Shown: positions 1-10,569 of the stretch, piece by piece | Position numbering within the stretch: position 1 is the stretch's first letter | Layout of the letters: each line of letters begins with the position of its first letter | From: Acidobacteriota bacterium | GTDB lineage: Bacteria > Acidobacteriota > UBA890 > WLXD01 | Length of the DNA: 64,000 nt | Reading direction: 5' to 3' | NCBI GenBank assembly: GCA_965197275.1 | Contig: CBDAMQ010000031.1 | Coordinates: forward strand, 212,261-276,260 | The notes under the pieces: generated by a model | The model's input: only the letters and a program-made list of their open reading frames with translations | Told to the model about the DNA's origin: nothing | Database searches by the model: none | Translations under genes and position numbers: made by a program

Positions 1-1043
1 CCAGCGGGCGTGGCTCACGGTCAGCGTTCAGATTGGCTTCGTGGTCGGGGCGCTGGGATTGGCGATCACAAACGTCGCCGACCGGGTGGCAGCACATCGT
101 CTCTTCCAGCTGGGCGCCCTGTTCGGCGCTGTGCTCAATGCCGCCATTCCTGTGCTCGAGCCAGGTCTATCCGCCGGCCATGAAGCTGATGGCGAGCTGG
201 TTCGCGCGCCGTCGCGGGCTGGCGATCGGCGCCCTGGTGGCCGCCACGACGATGGGAACTGCGCTGCCGCACCTGTTCTCCGTGTTGCCGGTCTTGACGT
301 CGCCCGACGGTCTGCCGCCATGGCGAGTGGTGATGCTCACGGCTTCGGTGTCGTCGTTGGCCTCGGTGGCGATTATCGGCTGGTCCGTCCGTCCGGGCCC
401 CCATCTGCCACCGGCGACCCGTTTCAAGTGGCGGCAAGCGGTTCGTAGTCTGAGTGACCGGGCGAGTCGACGGGCCAACTTCGGCTACCTGGGCCACATG
501 TGGGAGCTATACGCGATGTGGGCGTGGGCGCCGATCTTCCTGCTGGAGAGCTACCGTGCTGCCGGGTACGGAGAGCCTGCGGCGCGCGTCGTCGGCTTCG
601 CTGTCATCGCCGTGGGTGGGGTAGGGTCAGTGCTTGCCGGGGCGGTGGCGGACCGCGTCGGTCGAACCGCCACCAGCAGCGTCGCAATGGGGATATCCGG
701 AGCCTGTGCCCTCCTCGCTGGCTGGCTCGGCCCATGGCCTTTGCTGCTGACGGTGATCTGCCTGGTGTGGGGGTTCACGGTTGTCGCTGATAGTGCGCAG
801 TTCAGCGCGGCGGTCACCGAGCTGAGCGATCCAGCCTACGTTGGTACGGCGCTCACCATGCAGACCGCCATGGGGTTCCTGCTGACCACAGTCACCGTCC
901 GCCTGGTGCCCTCGATGGTGGATTCGCTCGGGTGGGGCGCTGCGTTCGCCCTGCTGGCGGCCGGGCCGGCCTTCGGTATTGCCAGCATGACCTCCCTGCG
1001 AGGTATGCCGGAGTCCATGCGCCTCGCCGGCGGCAAGCGCTAG
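1..1043 (+). CDS. MFS-family membrane transporter, 5'-truncated at window edge; apparent frame change near nt 160-175
   Basis: Two frames of hydrophobic TM-like segments run from nt 1: frame 2 (QRAWLTVSVQIGFVVGALGLAITNVADRV...AIPVLEP) then frame 0 (YPPAMKLMASWFARRRGLAIGALVA... to stop at 1043). Multi-TM composition throughout. ORF track lists 33..1043 and 41..448. Confidence 0.55.
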   Translation, partial: SGRGSRSAFRLASWSGRWDWRSQTSPTGWQHIVSSSWAPCSALCSMPPFLCSSQVYPPAMKLMASWFARRRGLAIGALVAATTMGTALPHLFSVLPVLTSPDGLPPWRVVMLTASVSSLASVAIIGWSVRPGPHLPPATRFKWRQAVRSLSDRASRRANFGYLGHMWELYAMWAWAPIFLLESYRAAGYGEPAARVVGFAVIAVGGVGSVLAGAVADRVGRTATSSVAMGISGACALLAGWLGPWPLLLTVICLVWGFTVVADSAQFSAAVTELSDPAYVGTALTMQTAMGFLLTTVTVRLVPSMVDSLGWGAAFALLAAGPAFGIASMTSLRGMPESMRLAGGKR

Positions 1044-1127
1044 GGGCTAATCAACCCCGAGCCTGACTTTCAGCATGATTTCGTGGGTAACGACCACCGT
1101 TAGAGGTCATCTGCGGCCAAGGGATGC

Positions 1128-1240
1128 TGGCATTAATTAATTTCTAGTTCTTTTTCTTTAGTTTAGTTATTTAATAATGATTAAATAGAGTTAATAAATT
1201 GTTCTAACTTGTTTTACTAACTAATAATGACCAATAAGAT
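1128..1240. promoter_or_regulatory. Strongly AT-rich intergenic island (~20-25% GC) upstream of the REC-GGDEF-EAL gene; contains direct repeats TAATAATGA (x2) and TAGTT (x3) and the 10-mer ATTTAATAAT
   Basis: Sequence ttaattaatttctagttctttttctttagtttagttatttaataatgattaaatagagttaataaattgttctaacttgttttactaactaataatga sits in a ~68% GC background, immediately 5' of the start at 1245. Confidence 0.4.
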
Positions 1241-1244
1241 CGCC

Positions 1245-3402
1245 ATGATCGACTCGAATCCCGGCCGACCGACGGTGCTGCTGGTCGACGACGGACGCGC
1301 AAATGCGTCTGTTCACAGCCACCGCGGTAGCGCAGATTGCCCGGGTGATCGAGGTTTCCTCGGCAGAGAAAGCCCTAGCCGAGCTTGAAAAGGAGCTGCC
1401 GGACCTCATTCTCACCGACGTCTGCATGCCGGGAATGGACGGCCTGGAGTTTTGTCGTCGCCTGCGGGCCGACGAGTCGACACGCGATCTGCCGATACTG
1501 GTGATGACCGGAAACGGCGACGAGCAGTCGCTGGATCGGGCCTATGACGCGGGGGCGACGGATTTCGTCGACAAGCCGATCTGCGCCAAGACCCTGCACC
1601 ATCGCGTGCGCTACTTGCTGCGGTCGGGCGCCGCGTTCAGAGAACTTTGCGAGGGCCGCGCCAACCTGGCGACGGCGCAACGCATCGCTCACGTGGGCAA
1701 TTGGACTTACGTCGCAGGGCAGCAGACCTTTGCGTGGTCCGAAGAGATGTTTCACATCTTCGCGATCGATCCCCGCCCCACCATCGACCTCGAGACATGG
1801 CTCGAACAGGTACATCAGGACGACGTCGACGGTGTCCGTCGCGCGCTGCGGCAAGGCATGGAGGGGAAGGCCTCCGAGCCCTTCGGCTACCGCACACGGG
1901 AACGTGACGGAGCGGTTCGACACGTGTTCCAGCAGGCCGAGATCACGCCTGATCTACGGGGTGACGAACGGCTGATCGGCACCTTACAGGACGTGACGGA
2001 GCGCAAGGCTGCCGAGGCCGAGATCCGGTTCCTGGCGTATCGCGACACGCTCACCGGCCTGCCGAATCGGCGCCTGTTTGCCGATCGGCTGGAGCGCGCG
2101 GTCGAGGACGCCCGGCGCACGCAACGGCGGGTAGCCGTGCTCCACCTGGATATCGATCGTTTCAAGACCATCAATGAAGGGTTCGGGCACGACTTCGGGG
2201 ATCAGCTGTTGCGGCGCGCCGCGGAACGGCTGGCCGGCTGCCTGCGGGTCGATGACACGTTGGCGCGCGGGGCAAACGAAACCGACCCGACGCTTTCGCG
2301 CCTCGCCGGCGACGAGTTCATGGTGGTGCTCTCGGCGCTCGGAGACGCGACGGAGCCCCGCGATATCGCCGGCCGGCTGCTGGAAACCCTGGCCAAGCCT
2401 TTTCAAATCGATTATGCGGAGCTACTCGCCACTGGCAGCATCGGCGTAGCAGTCTTCCCGGACGACGGCGAACAGCCGGAGGTTTTGATTCAGCGCGCCG
2501 GAACGGCGCTGGCCCACGCCAAGGAGCAGGGTGGGAACTGTCACCTGTTTTACTCCGATCGGATGAACACGGATGCTGCATCCCGGCTAGAGCTGGCCAG
2601 TCGCCTGCACCGAGCTCTCGCGGCGAAGCAGTTCGAGCTCAACTACCAGCCCATCTTCGAAACCGCTTCGCGACAGGTGGACAGTGTGGAGGCTCTGCTT
2701 CGCTGGCAGGATCCGGAGCACGGGGCAATCTCGCCTTCGCGCTTCATTCCGGTGGCCGAAGAGACCGGACTCATCCTGCCGCTGGGCGAGTGGGTGATCG
2801 AGCAAGCGTGCAAGCAATGGCGCGCGTGGCTCGATACCGGTGTCGGGCGCGTCGCCGTGGCGATCAACGTATCGGCGCGCCAATTCCGGCATGCCAGCTT
2901 CGTCGACCGGGTGCAGTCCATCATCGATACGCACGGTGTCGACCCATCCAACCTTCGTTTCGAGATCACCGAGGGCGTACTCATGCGCGCTACTCCCGGG
3001 ACCGTGGCCAACACGCATGCGCTCCGGGCCATGGGTATCGGCTTGTCGGTCGACGATTTCGGGACCGGATACTCGTCGCTCAGCTATCTGAGACGCTTTC
3101 CGGCCGAAGTTCTGAAGATCGACCGATCGTTCCTGCAGGGTATTCCCGAGAATCAGGAGAACTGCAGCCTGGTGTCGGCGATTGTCGCGATGGCGCACAA
3201 GCTTCGCCTGCGCGTGGTGGCGGAAGGCGTCGAGAACGAGGCCCAGCTACGCTTCGTGCGCGCCTTGGACTGCGAGTCCGTCCAAGGCTTCCTGCTCGGC
3301 AAACCCATGCCCGTCGAGCAGCTCGAGCCGCTCTTGCGAAGCAAGCTCAAGCGGTCGACTGGACCGTCGGTAGTGCCGTTCCGCAGTCGCACGGCCTCCT
3401 AG
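1245..3402 (+). CDS. Response-regulator receiver-PAS-GGDEF-EAL protein (c-di-GMP turnover); apparent +1 frame change near 1295-1303 between the REC N-terminus (VLLVDD) and the rest (ORF track 1303..3402)
   Basis: Frame from ATG 1245 gives MIDSNPGRPTVLLVDDG, the typical REC beta1 and acidic pocket. Frame of 1303 gives ...PDLILTDVCMPGMDG (phospho-Asp region), a PAS region, GGDEF (RLAGDEFMVV), and EAL (EALLRW...DDFGTGYSSLSYL). No GC-rich spacer before 1245, only the AT-rich island. Confidence 0.8.
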
Positions 3403-3499
3403 CGCGCATCTTGCGGCGGAGCTGACGCCGCGCTCCGATGTCACCAATCCTGCGCGTTGCCAATCCGTTCGGCTATGATCCTGTCGCGCCGACCCGATG

Positions 3500-3700
3500 T
3501 CAGGCGCGGCTCGGACCTCGGAGCATGCGTGCCGGCAATGCCAGCAAGGCATGCAGGGTTTCGAAGATTGCCGAGACACCGATGCCTATGAGCCTGAACG
3601 GCAGGGTCAGCAGCCATACGAACGGGTAGACGATCAGCGCCAGCAGCGCTACCGGCCAGCTGATCACCAGCAGGATCAACCACAAGAAAAACGTCCACAT
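3500..3700 (-). CDS. Small hydrophobic membrane protein (~66 aa), unknown function
   Basis: Internal ATG of ORF 3500..3766 is preceded by GGAGGAGAGG (Shine-Dalgarno). Product MWTFFLWLILLVISWPVALLALIVYPFVWLLTLPF is two predicted TM helices. Confidence 0.45.
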   Translation of the reverse strand: MWTFFLWLILLVISWPVALLALIVYPFVWLLTLPFRLIGIGVSAIFETLHALLALPARMLRGPSRA

Positions 3701-3813
3701 ACCGACCTCTCCTCCACTCCCGCCGGCGGCGTCCCACCTCGCGCAGCCAGCGCCGTTGCCTGCCATCTTAGACGCAGTGACGGCGGCGGAGTTTCATCAA
3801 CGCGGAGATCGCC

Positions 3814-5129
3814 GTGCCTCGACGACTGGTAGTTCTTGCCTGCGTATTGTCGTGCCTCAGTGCCCTGATCCCGGCCAGCGCCAGCGCCCAGGAGGCCAGG
3901 CGACGTTGGGAGCGCATGGCCCAGATCCGGCGCGACAAGTTCGACTACGTGCTGCCGGAGGCGATGCGCGAGAATCGCGTCGACATGTGGATCACCGTGG
4001 TCAAAGAGGGCTCGCCGGATCCTCTTAGCGACGACCTGGGACGCGGTTACGTCGGCAGCACCGGTTACTACATCTTCACGGATCGGGGCGATGCCCGGAT
4101 CGAGCGCGCGGCGCTCGGCATCGGCGGCTATCTGCTGGAAGAGAACGGCGCCTATGACATCGTCGCCGGCACGGAGATCCGCGAGTTCGTCCGGGCGCGG
4201 GACCCAGAGCGGATCGCTGTCAACATGTCGCACCAGATCGGCGGTGCCGACGGGCTGTCGCACAGCAGCTACGTCCACCTTCTAGACACCCTGGGCGAGC
4301 CCTACGCCGACAGACTGGTTTCGGCCGAGAAGCTGATCTCGGATTTCCGTTCCCGCCGCGTAGCGAGCGAGATCGCAGCTTTCGCAGAGGCCGGCGAGCT
4401 GTCGCGTGAGATCGCCGAACGCGCGCTGTCGAACGAGGTCATCACGCCAGGCGTGACGGCGCTGGAGGACGTAGCGTGGTGGATCATGGACGAGCTACTG
4501 GAACGAGGGCTGGAAACCTCCTCGACTTTCCGTCCATCTACATCACCGGCCCCGATGGGATCGCCGCGACATCCAACGCGCGCATCATCCAGCGCGGCGA
4601 CCTGCTGATGATCGACTGGGGTGTCGGATTCCTGAACATGTACACCGACATGAAGCGCATCGCCTATGTGCTGCAAGACGGAGAGCTGGCGGCGCCGGCG
4701 GGCATCCAGAACGCTTTCGACCGCGCCCGCGAGGTGCGCGACATCATTCGGCGTACCATCAAGCCGGGCCCGACGGCGGCCGACATGCTCGAGCGCCTCA
4801 ACGACGAGATTGCCGCCGCCGGCTTCCAGATCATGAAGGAGTTCAATGTGATCTCCGATAGCGACAAGACCGAAGTCATCATCGGTTGCCACTCGGTGGG
4901 CAATCTCGGCCACGGTGTCGGTCCGTCGATCGCCTGGTTCAACCCGCTGCGCATGAGCTTCGAGATCCGGCCGACGAACCTCTTCTCGATCGAGCTGTTT
5001 GCCTATACCGCCGCACCGGAATGGGGAGGCGCGAAGGTCCGCATACCGCTTGAGGACGACGCTATCGTGACCGAACGCGGCGTCGAGTGGCTGTATCCGG
5101 CCAACGATCGCGTGCTGCTCGTTCGTTGA
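3814..5129 (+). CDS. Secreted M24-family metallopeptidase (Xaa-Pro aminopeptidase/creatinase-like), interrupted by a frame change near 4516-4530
   Basis: Signal peptide MPRRLVVLACVLSCLSALIPASASA. ORF 3814..4608 (N-terminal creatinase-like domain) and ORF 4476..5129 (FPSIYITGPDG...GDLLMIDWG...H.VGNLGHGVG..., the M24 pita-bread core) overlap in different frames. Confidence 0.7.
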
Positions 5130-5226
5130 CGTTCTGGTCTCCTGATTCAGGACACTACGGATGGGCCTCGCCCGGCAGGTGTAGACTCCGCCGGTCGTCA
5201 GACCCGTCGCCCGAGGTACCGGATTC

Positions 5227-5772
5227 GTGAGCTTCGTTCGTGTCGTTGACGCGCTCAACGAGTGGATCGGGCGCGCCGTAGCCTGGCTCGTCTTGGCCAT
5301 GGTGCTGATTGGTGCCTACAACGCCATGGCGCGCTACGCGGGTCGGTGGATCGGCATCAACCTGAGCTCGAACGCGTACCTCGAGATGCAGTGGTATCTG
5401 TTCAGCCTGGTCTTCCTGCTGGGCGCTGCATACGCCCTGAAGGGCAACGATCATGTGCGCGTTGACGTGCTCTACACGCGGCTTCCGGAGCGCGCCAAGC
5501 TGTGGATCGATCTTGTAGGAACAGTCGTCCTGCTGGTGCCATTCGCGCTCTTCTGCATCTGGGCGAGCCTGCCGACGGTGTTCAACTCGTGGTTGATCCG
5601 CGAGACCTCACCTGATCCCGGTGGGCTGCCACGCTACCCGATCAAGGCGATGATTCTGGTCGCCTTCGGGCTGCTGCTCTTGCAGGGACTGGCTGAGATC
5701 GTTCGCAAGGCAGCGTTGCTGCGGACCGGGTCGGGCGCCGATGACGCCGCACAGTCGGGGCCAAAGCCGTGA
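5227..5772 (+). CDS. dctQ: TRAP transporter small permease (DctQ family)
   Basis: 181 aa, 4 TM-like segments. 4-nt overlap with the downstream DctM-like gene. GTG start. Confidence 0.8.
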   Translation: MSFVRVVDALNEWIGRAVAWLVLAMVLIGAYNAMARYAGRWIGINLSSNAYLEMQWYLFSLVFLLGAAYALKGNDHVRVDVLYTRLPERAKLWIDLVGTVVLLVPFALFCIWASLPTVFNSWLIRETSPDPGGLPRYPIKAMILVAFGLLLLQGLAEIVRKAALLRTGSGADDAAQSGPKP

Positions 5773-7091
5773 GCGGCGACTGGCTGCCGATTCTGATGTT
5801 CGTGGTGCTCCTGGTGTTGATCTTCACCGGGTTCCCGGTAGCGTTCGCGATCGGCGGGACGGCGGTGATCTTCGCGTTCGTGGGCGTTACCGCCGGGTTC
5901 TTCGACTGGCCATTGTTGCTGGCCATGCCGGAGCGCATCTTCGGCATCATGTCGAACTTCGTCCTGCTGGCGGTGCCGTTCTTCATCTTCATGGGAACCG
6001 TGCTGGAGAAGTCCGGGCTCGCGGAGGACCTGCTGAAGACGATCGGCAAGCTTTTCGGGCCGCTGCGGGGCGGGCTCGCACTGGCGGTCGTGTTCGTCGG
6101 GGCGTTGTTGGCGGCCGCCGTCGGCGTGGTCGGGGCTTCCGTTGTGGCGATGGGGCTTATCTCGTTGCCGGTGATGTTGCGGTATCGCTACTCACCGGAG
6201 CTCTCAGCCGGCGTCATCGCCGCCTCCGGCACGCTCGGCCAGATCATTCCCCCGAGCGTCGTGCTGATCGTTCTCGCCGACCAGATGGGAATCTCAGTCG
6301 GCTCGCTCTTCGTCGGAGCATTGCTGCCCGGCCTGCTGCTGGCGGGCCTCTACGCAACCTATGTGATTGGAGTGGCGATTGTCCGACCGGGCGCCGCCCC
6401 AGCGCTGCCGCCAGAGGAACGCGAGCGATTCGGTTGGCGGCTGCTGCGCGACGTGGGGCTGGTGATGGTGCCTCCGTTGACCCTCATCCTTGTCGTTCTG
6501 GGGAGCGTCTTCGCCGGGATTGCCACGCCCACCGAGGCCGGCGCACTGGGCGCTGTTGGCGCCATGGTGCTCGCCTGGTTGAACGGGCGGCTGTCTATGG
6601 ATGCTGTCAGGAAGGCGCTCGATCACACCACACGGCTGACGTCGATGGTCCTGTTTCTCCTCATCGGCTCCACCGCGTTCACCCTGGTGTTCCGCGGCGC
6701 TTATGGCGACATCTGGATCGAGGAGTTGCTCACCACCCTTCCGGGCGGTCCGCTCGGCTTTCTGGTGGCTGCCAACCTGACGGTCTTCGTGCTGGGATTC
6801 TTCATCGACTTCTTCGAGATCACCTTCATCATCGTGCCGTTGCTGGTGCCAGCCGCCGCCCTGCTGGGGTTCGATCTCGTGTGGTTCGCGGTCATGATTG
6901 CGGTGAACATGCAGACCTCGTTTCTGACGCCGCCGTTCGGGTTCGCGCTCTTTTACTTGCGCGGGGTGGCGCCACCCGAGGTGCAGACGATGCAGATCTA
7001 CCGCGGCGTGGTGCCGTTCATCGTCATCCAGCTCGTCGGGCTGCTGCTGATCATCCTCTATCCCGAAATCGTCACGACGCTGCTGCGCTGA
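5769..7091 (+). CDS. dctM: TRAP transporter large permease (DctM family)
   Basis: 440 aa polytopic protein, MSGDWLPILMFVVLLVLIFTGFPVAFAIGG... Typical DctM N-terminus and length. Confidence 0.9.
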   Translation: MSGDWLPILMFVVLLVLIFTGFPVAFAIGGTAVIFAFVGVTAGFFDWPLLLAMPERIFGIMSNFVLLAVPFFIFMGTVLEKSGLAEDLLKTIGKLFGPLRGGLALAVVFVGALLAAAVGVVGASVVAMGLISLPVMLRYRYSPELSAGVIAASGTLGQIIPPSVVLIVLADQMGISVGSLFVGALLPGLLLAGLYATYVIGVAIVRPGAAPALPPEERERFGWRLLRDVGLVMVPPLTLILVVLGSVFAGIATPTEAGALGAVGAMVLAWLNGRLSMDAVRKALDHTTRLTSMVLFLLIGSTAFTLVFRGAYGDIWIEELLTTLPGGPLGFLVAANLTVFVLGFFIDFFEITFIIVPLLVPAAALLGFDLVWFAVMIAVNMQTSFLTPPFGFALFYLRGVAPPEVQTMQIYRGVVPFIVIQLVGLLLIILYPEIVTTLLR

Positions 7092-7124
7092 AATAACTCC
7101 GCCGGCCACGAGCCTCGCGACGGC

Positions 7125-8414
7125 TCAGTTCGAGCGGACGACGAACAGCCCGCGCTGAATGTCCGAGACGATTACGTTGCCGCTCGGGAAGCCGGCGTAG
7201 ACGCCCCAGGCGCCGTTGAAGGTGGCGCCCTCGCCCTCCGGGTGGGTATCGAAGTAACCACGCGCCGCGGGTTTGCGAGGGTTCTGGAGATCGATCACGT
7301 GCAGGCCTCCCTGATAGGCCGACATGAACATGCGGTCGCCCTGGATCATCGAGTTGTGATCGATAGCCGGCGTGTCCCATACCATCGTGTTGATGAGCAC
7401 CGGATGCTCGAGGTCGCCGACGCGCACGACGTAGGTGGTCATGCGATCGACGTTCGGATTGCTGCGCTCGTCGAGCTCGTCGTTGATGTACAGAAACCGA
7501 CCGTTGGCGCTCAGGGCGCCACTATGCCCGTAGGTGGCGTTGTCGTAGTCCAGATGTGCCAGCGTCGTGGGGTTGGCCTTGTCGGTTACGTCGATGATGT
7601 GAAGTCCGAACACGCCGGTGAAGGCGAAGGCGATCTCGCGGCCCTTGTTCCTGCCTCTCTTGTACGTCGTGACGTGGACGTCATGGACGTACGTGGCCTC
7701 CCAGTTGACCGGTTCCAGACGCGGGTTGGCGGGGTCGCTGAGATCCACTGCCAGCAGACCGCCACGGGCAATGTTGGAGCCCAGAACATAGGCGTAGCCG
7801 CTGTCTTCGTTGACGTAGATGTTGTGGCCGCGGAACAGACCGGCAGCGGTTACCTGGTTTACCAGGGAGATGACACCACGGTCAATCCGCGACAGGTCGA
7901 TGACTTGAATGCCATCGTTGCTCTCATTGATTGAGTAGGCATGGCTGCGGTAAACCGCCATGTCGCGCCAGTCCGAGGTCGAGCCGCTGATTACGCCGAC
8001 AACCCGCGGGTTGACCGGGTCGGTGATTTCTACGAACGCGGTGCCGATCTTCAGGCCGACGATGGCGTATTCGCGCCCGCTCGGCGAGGTATACCCCCAT
8101 ATGTCGTTGGCGTTCGTCGGCGTACCGGTCATGTCGGAGCTCGACACCCACGAGAGCATCGAGGTCTTGTGCGACGTGAAGACCGGGTCGGCGGATCTCG
8201 AGTAGGCCCGCGCCGAGCGGCCCGTTAGGCCACCGCCGGCGTAAGGCTCGGGTATTCCATCGCGCCCATACCCACACCCGCCGATCAGGCAGTACGGGTT
8301 GGACGGCAGCGCCCGGCCCGATGGGCCGGCGGACAGCTGGCCGACGGACGGTGCGGCCACCGACGCTGCCGTGACTAGCAGGCCGGCGACGACCAGAAGG
8401 CGGCCTCTGAACAT
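7125..8414 (-). CDS. Secreted LVIVD-repeat beta-propeller protein
   Basis: Signal peptide followed by repeated hydrophobic-strand/Asp motifs (GIQVIDLS, GLLAVDLSDP, GLHIIDVTD, GLHVIDLQNP) characteristic of LVIVD repeats. Confidence 0.7.
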   Translation of the reverse strand: MFRGRLLVVAGLLVTAASVAAPSVGQLSAGPSGRALPSNPYCLIGGCGYGRDGIPEPYAGGGLTGRSARAYSRSADPVFTSHKTSMLSWVSSSDMTGTPTNANDIWGYTSPSGREYAIVGLKIGTAFVEITDPVNPRVVGVISGSTSDWRDMAVYRSHAYSINESNDGIQVIDLSRIDRGVISLVNQVTAAGLFRGHNIYVNEDSGYAYVLGSNIARGGLLAVDLSDPANPRLEPVNWEATYVHDVHVTTYKRGRNKGREIAFAFTGVFGLHIIDVTDKANPTTLAHLDYDNATYGHSGALSANGRFLYINDELDERSNPNVDRMTTYVVRVGDLEHPVLINTMVWDTPAIDHNSMIQGDRMFMSAYQGGLHVIDLQNPRKPAARGYFDTHPEGEGATFNGAWGVYAGFPSGNVIVSDIQRGLFVVRSN

Positions 8415-8546
8415 GGATCCAGTCTCGACTTTCCCAGGGGCTGATTCGAGTGTAGCAGGCGCCGGTTCGTCGTTCCCGGCGCGGTGACGCCCTCGAGCAA
8501 CCCGTTCGGCGGCTGTCGAGGCCCAAGTGGGGGACTGTGTTCCGCC

Positions 8547-9671
8547 TCAGGCGCTGTGATCGTAGACGAATCGGGTGTAGTCGGCCTCGGCGGTGTTGAA
8601 CCATCGATCGGAGATGGCGCGATACTGCAGCCACTGCTCGTAAATCTTGCGATACCCCGCGTCTGCTGCAGCGTGCTCCTCGAACAGGTCGTACGACGCC
8701 TCGTAGGCAGCTTCCATGATGTCGCGCGGGAACGTGTGCAGCTGCACACCGGCGGCGAGCAAGCGATCCAGGGCGAGCGGGTTCAGGTGGTCGTAGCGAG
8801 CGGTCATGCGGGCTGCGGCTTCCATCGTGGCGCTGCTGAGGATCTCACGGTAGGTGAGCGGGAGTGATTCCCATGCATCGCGGTTGACGTAAAAGGAGAT
8901 CGACGGGCCGGGTTCCCACCAGCCTGGCGAGTAGTAGTTGTTGGCGACCTGGTGCAGGCCCAGTCGCTCATCATCGTGTGGCCCGACCCATTCGGTCGCA
9001 TCGATAGCGCCGCGCTCCAAGGCCTGATAGATCTCGCCCCCGGCGAGCACTTGGACTGCAACACCCAGGCGACTCATCACCTCGCCGCCAAGTCCCGGAA
9101 TGCGCATCTTGAGGCCGCCGAGGTCGGCCAGCTCTCGGATCTCGCTACGGAACCAACCGCCCATCTGACAACCAGTCGATCCGGCCGGGAAGTTGATGAT
9201 GTTGAAGTCGGCGAAGAGCTCGCGTAGGAGCTCCAGTCCACCACCCTCGTACATCCAGGCGAAGTGCTGACGCGCCGTTAGGCCGAACGGGATACCGGTG
9301 TCGAGGGCCAGCGCCGGGTTCTTGCCGATGTAGTAGTAGCTCGTCGTCTCGCCGAGCTGCACAGTCCCTTGTTGCACCGCGTCCAGCACCTGCAGCGCCG
9401 GGACGATCTCGCCGGCGGGGTACGGACGAATCGTGAAGCGGCCTTCCGACATCTGGCTCACGCGCTCGGCGAGATAGTCGTTGATCCCGTAGAGAGTGTC
9501 GAGGCTGCGCGGGAAGCTGGCAGCCAGACGCCAGCGCACGTTCGGTTGGGTGTGGACGGCAGGACCGCCCTCGTCGTCCCCCGAACAGGCGCCGAGTGCG
9601 GCCGCCCCGGCCAGGGCACCCGTGGCGCGCGTAACGAACTTGCGTCGATCGATGCCGCTGTTCTTGCTCAT
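8547..9671 (-). CDS. dctP: TRAP transporter periplasmic solute-binding protein (DctP-type, COG4663-like) with Tat signal
   Basis: MSKNSGIDRRKFVTRATGALAGAAALGA Tat motif. GLKMRIPG...GEIYQALERGAIDATEW region typical of TRAP SBPs. Near dctQM but on the opposite strand. Confidence 0.8.
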   Translation of the reverse strand: MSKNSGIDRRKFVTRATGALAGAAALGACSGDDEGGPAVHTQPNVRWRLAASFPRSLDTLYGINDYLAERVSQMSEGRFTIRPYPAGEIVPALQVLDAVQQGTVQLGETTSYYYIGKNPALALDTGIPFGLTARQHFAWMYEGGGLELLRELFADFNIINFPAGSTGCQMGGWFRSEIRELADLGGLKMRIPGLGGEVMSRLGVAVQVLAGGEIYQALERGAIDATEWVGPHDDERLGLHQVANNYYSPGWWEPGPSISFYVNRDAWESLPLTYREILSSATMEAAARMTARYDHLNPLALDRLLAAGVQLHTFPRDIMEAAYEASYDLFEEHAAADAGYRKIYEQWLQYRAISDRWFNTAEADYTRFVYDHSA

Positions 9672-9714
9672 GTCAACTCGGTCGGGGGTGGGTTCGAGAA
9701 GGAGGCCCAGGGTA

Positions 9715-10380
9715 TCACCCGGCGATAAGTGTTCCCGTGCGCCAGGGATCCACGGGAGCGCCCAGCATGGTCAGCAGTTCCGCCAGAACCATCGCGGTTG
9801 CTCCCCATACCTCGAGGTCGTCGACGGCGAACGACGGAACCTCAGCGGGCTCGTCGCCGCGCTCTGATTGCCGACGCCGCCAGTTGCCTGGCGACGCCAG
9901 ACTGGCGAGCGAGGGTTCCAGCACGCGGGCGACCTCGTCGTCGGAGGGGGTCACCACCGGGCGCTGCTCCGCATGGCCAACGATCGGATGGAGGATGAAT
10001 CGGCTCACGGGAATGTGCAGCGCGGTCAGGTTACCGACCAGCGTGACCTGCGCGCGGCTGATACCGACCTCTTCCTCTGTTTCGCGCAGCGCTGCCTCGG
10101 AGCTGCTTTCGTCGGCGTCAAGCTCGCCCCCAGGCAAAGAGACCTGTCCGCCGTGTTCCGTCAGGTCGTGTCGCCGCTGGGTGAGCAGAAGATGGGAGCG
10201 CCCGTCGATCGGGTAGATGAGCACCAGCCCAGCCGCGTGACGGCACCCGTCCGGTAGCACGCCCGGCTCCCAACCTGTGCGCGGGCGTGGCGACATGGCC
10301 GCTTGCGCCGAAGGTCCGGGCAGCTGACGGTCGAGTTGCCGGCACAGGCGCCGGAGTAGAGTGGCGTGATCTTCGATCAT
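9715..10380 (-). CDS. NUDIX hydrolase (CoA pyrophosphatase-like)
   Basis: NUDIX box GGELDADESSSEAALRETEEEVGI. Start chosen at internal MIEDH of ORF 9715..10440. Confidence 0.75.
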   Translation of the reverse strand: MIEDHATLLRRLCRQLDRQLPGPSAQAAMSPRPRTGWEPGVLPDGCRHAAGLVLIYPIDGRSHLLLTQRRHDLTEHGGQVSLPGGELDADESSSEAALRETEEEVGISRAQVTLVGNLTALHIPVSRFILHPIVGHAEQRPVVTPSDDEVARVLEPSLASLASPGNWRRRQSERGDEPAEVPSFAVDDLEVWGATAMVLAELLTMLGAPVDPWRTGTLIAG

Positions 10381-10569
10381 GATGCGGTTTGCGGAGCCAT
10401 AAGGCCGAGAGGAAGCACGAGATTGCGTCGCGTCGTGCACGTGCTCCGCGAGCGGCAGCCTGAATAGAATAGGGGAGGGCCCTTGACTCCGCTTCCAAGA
10501 CTATGCGGGCACCGCCCGGACGCCGCCGACAGTGGCGCCGCAACGGATCGACGCCCGCGCCACGATCCC

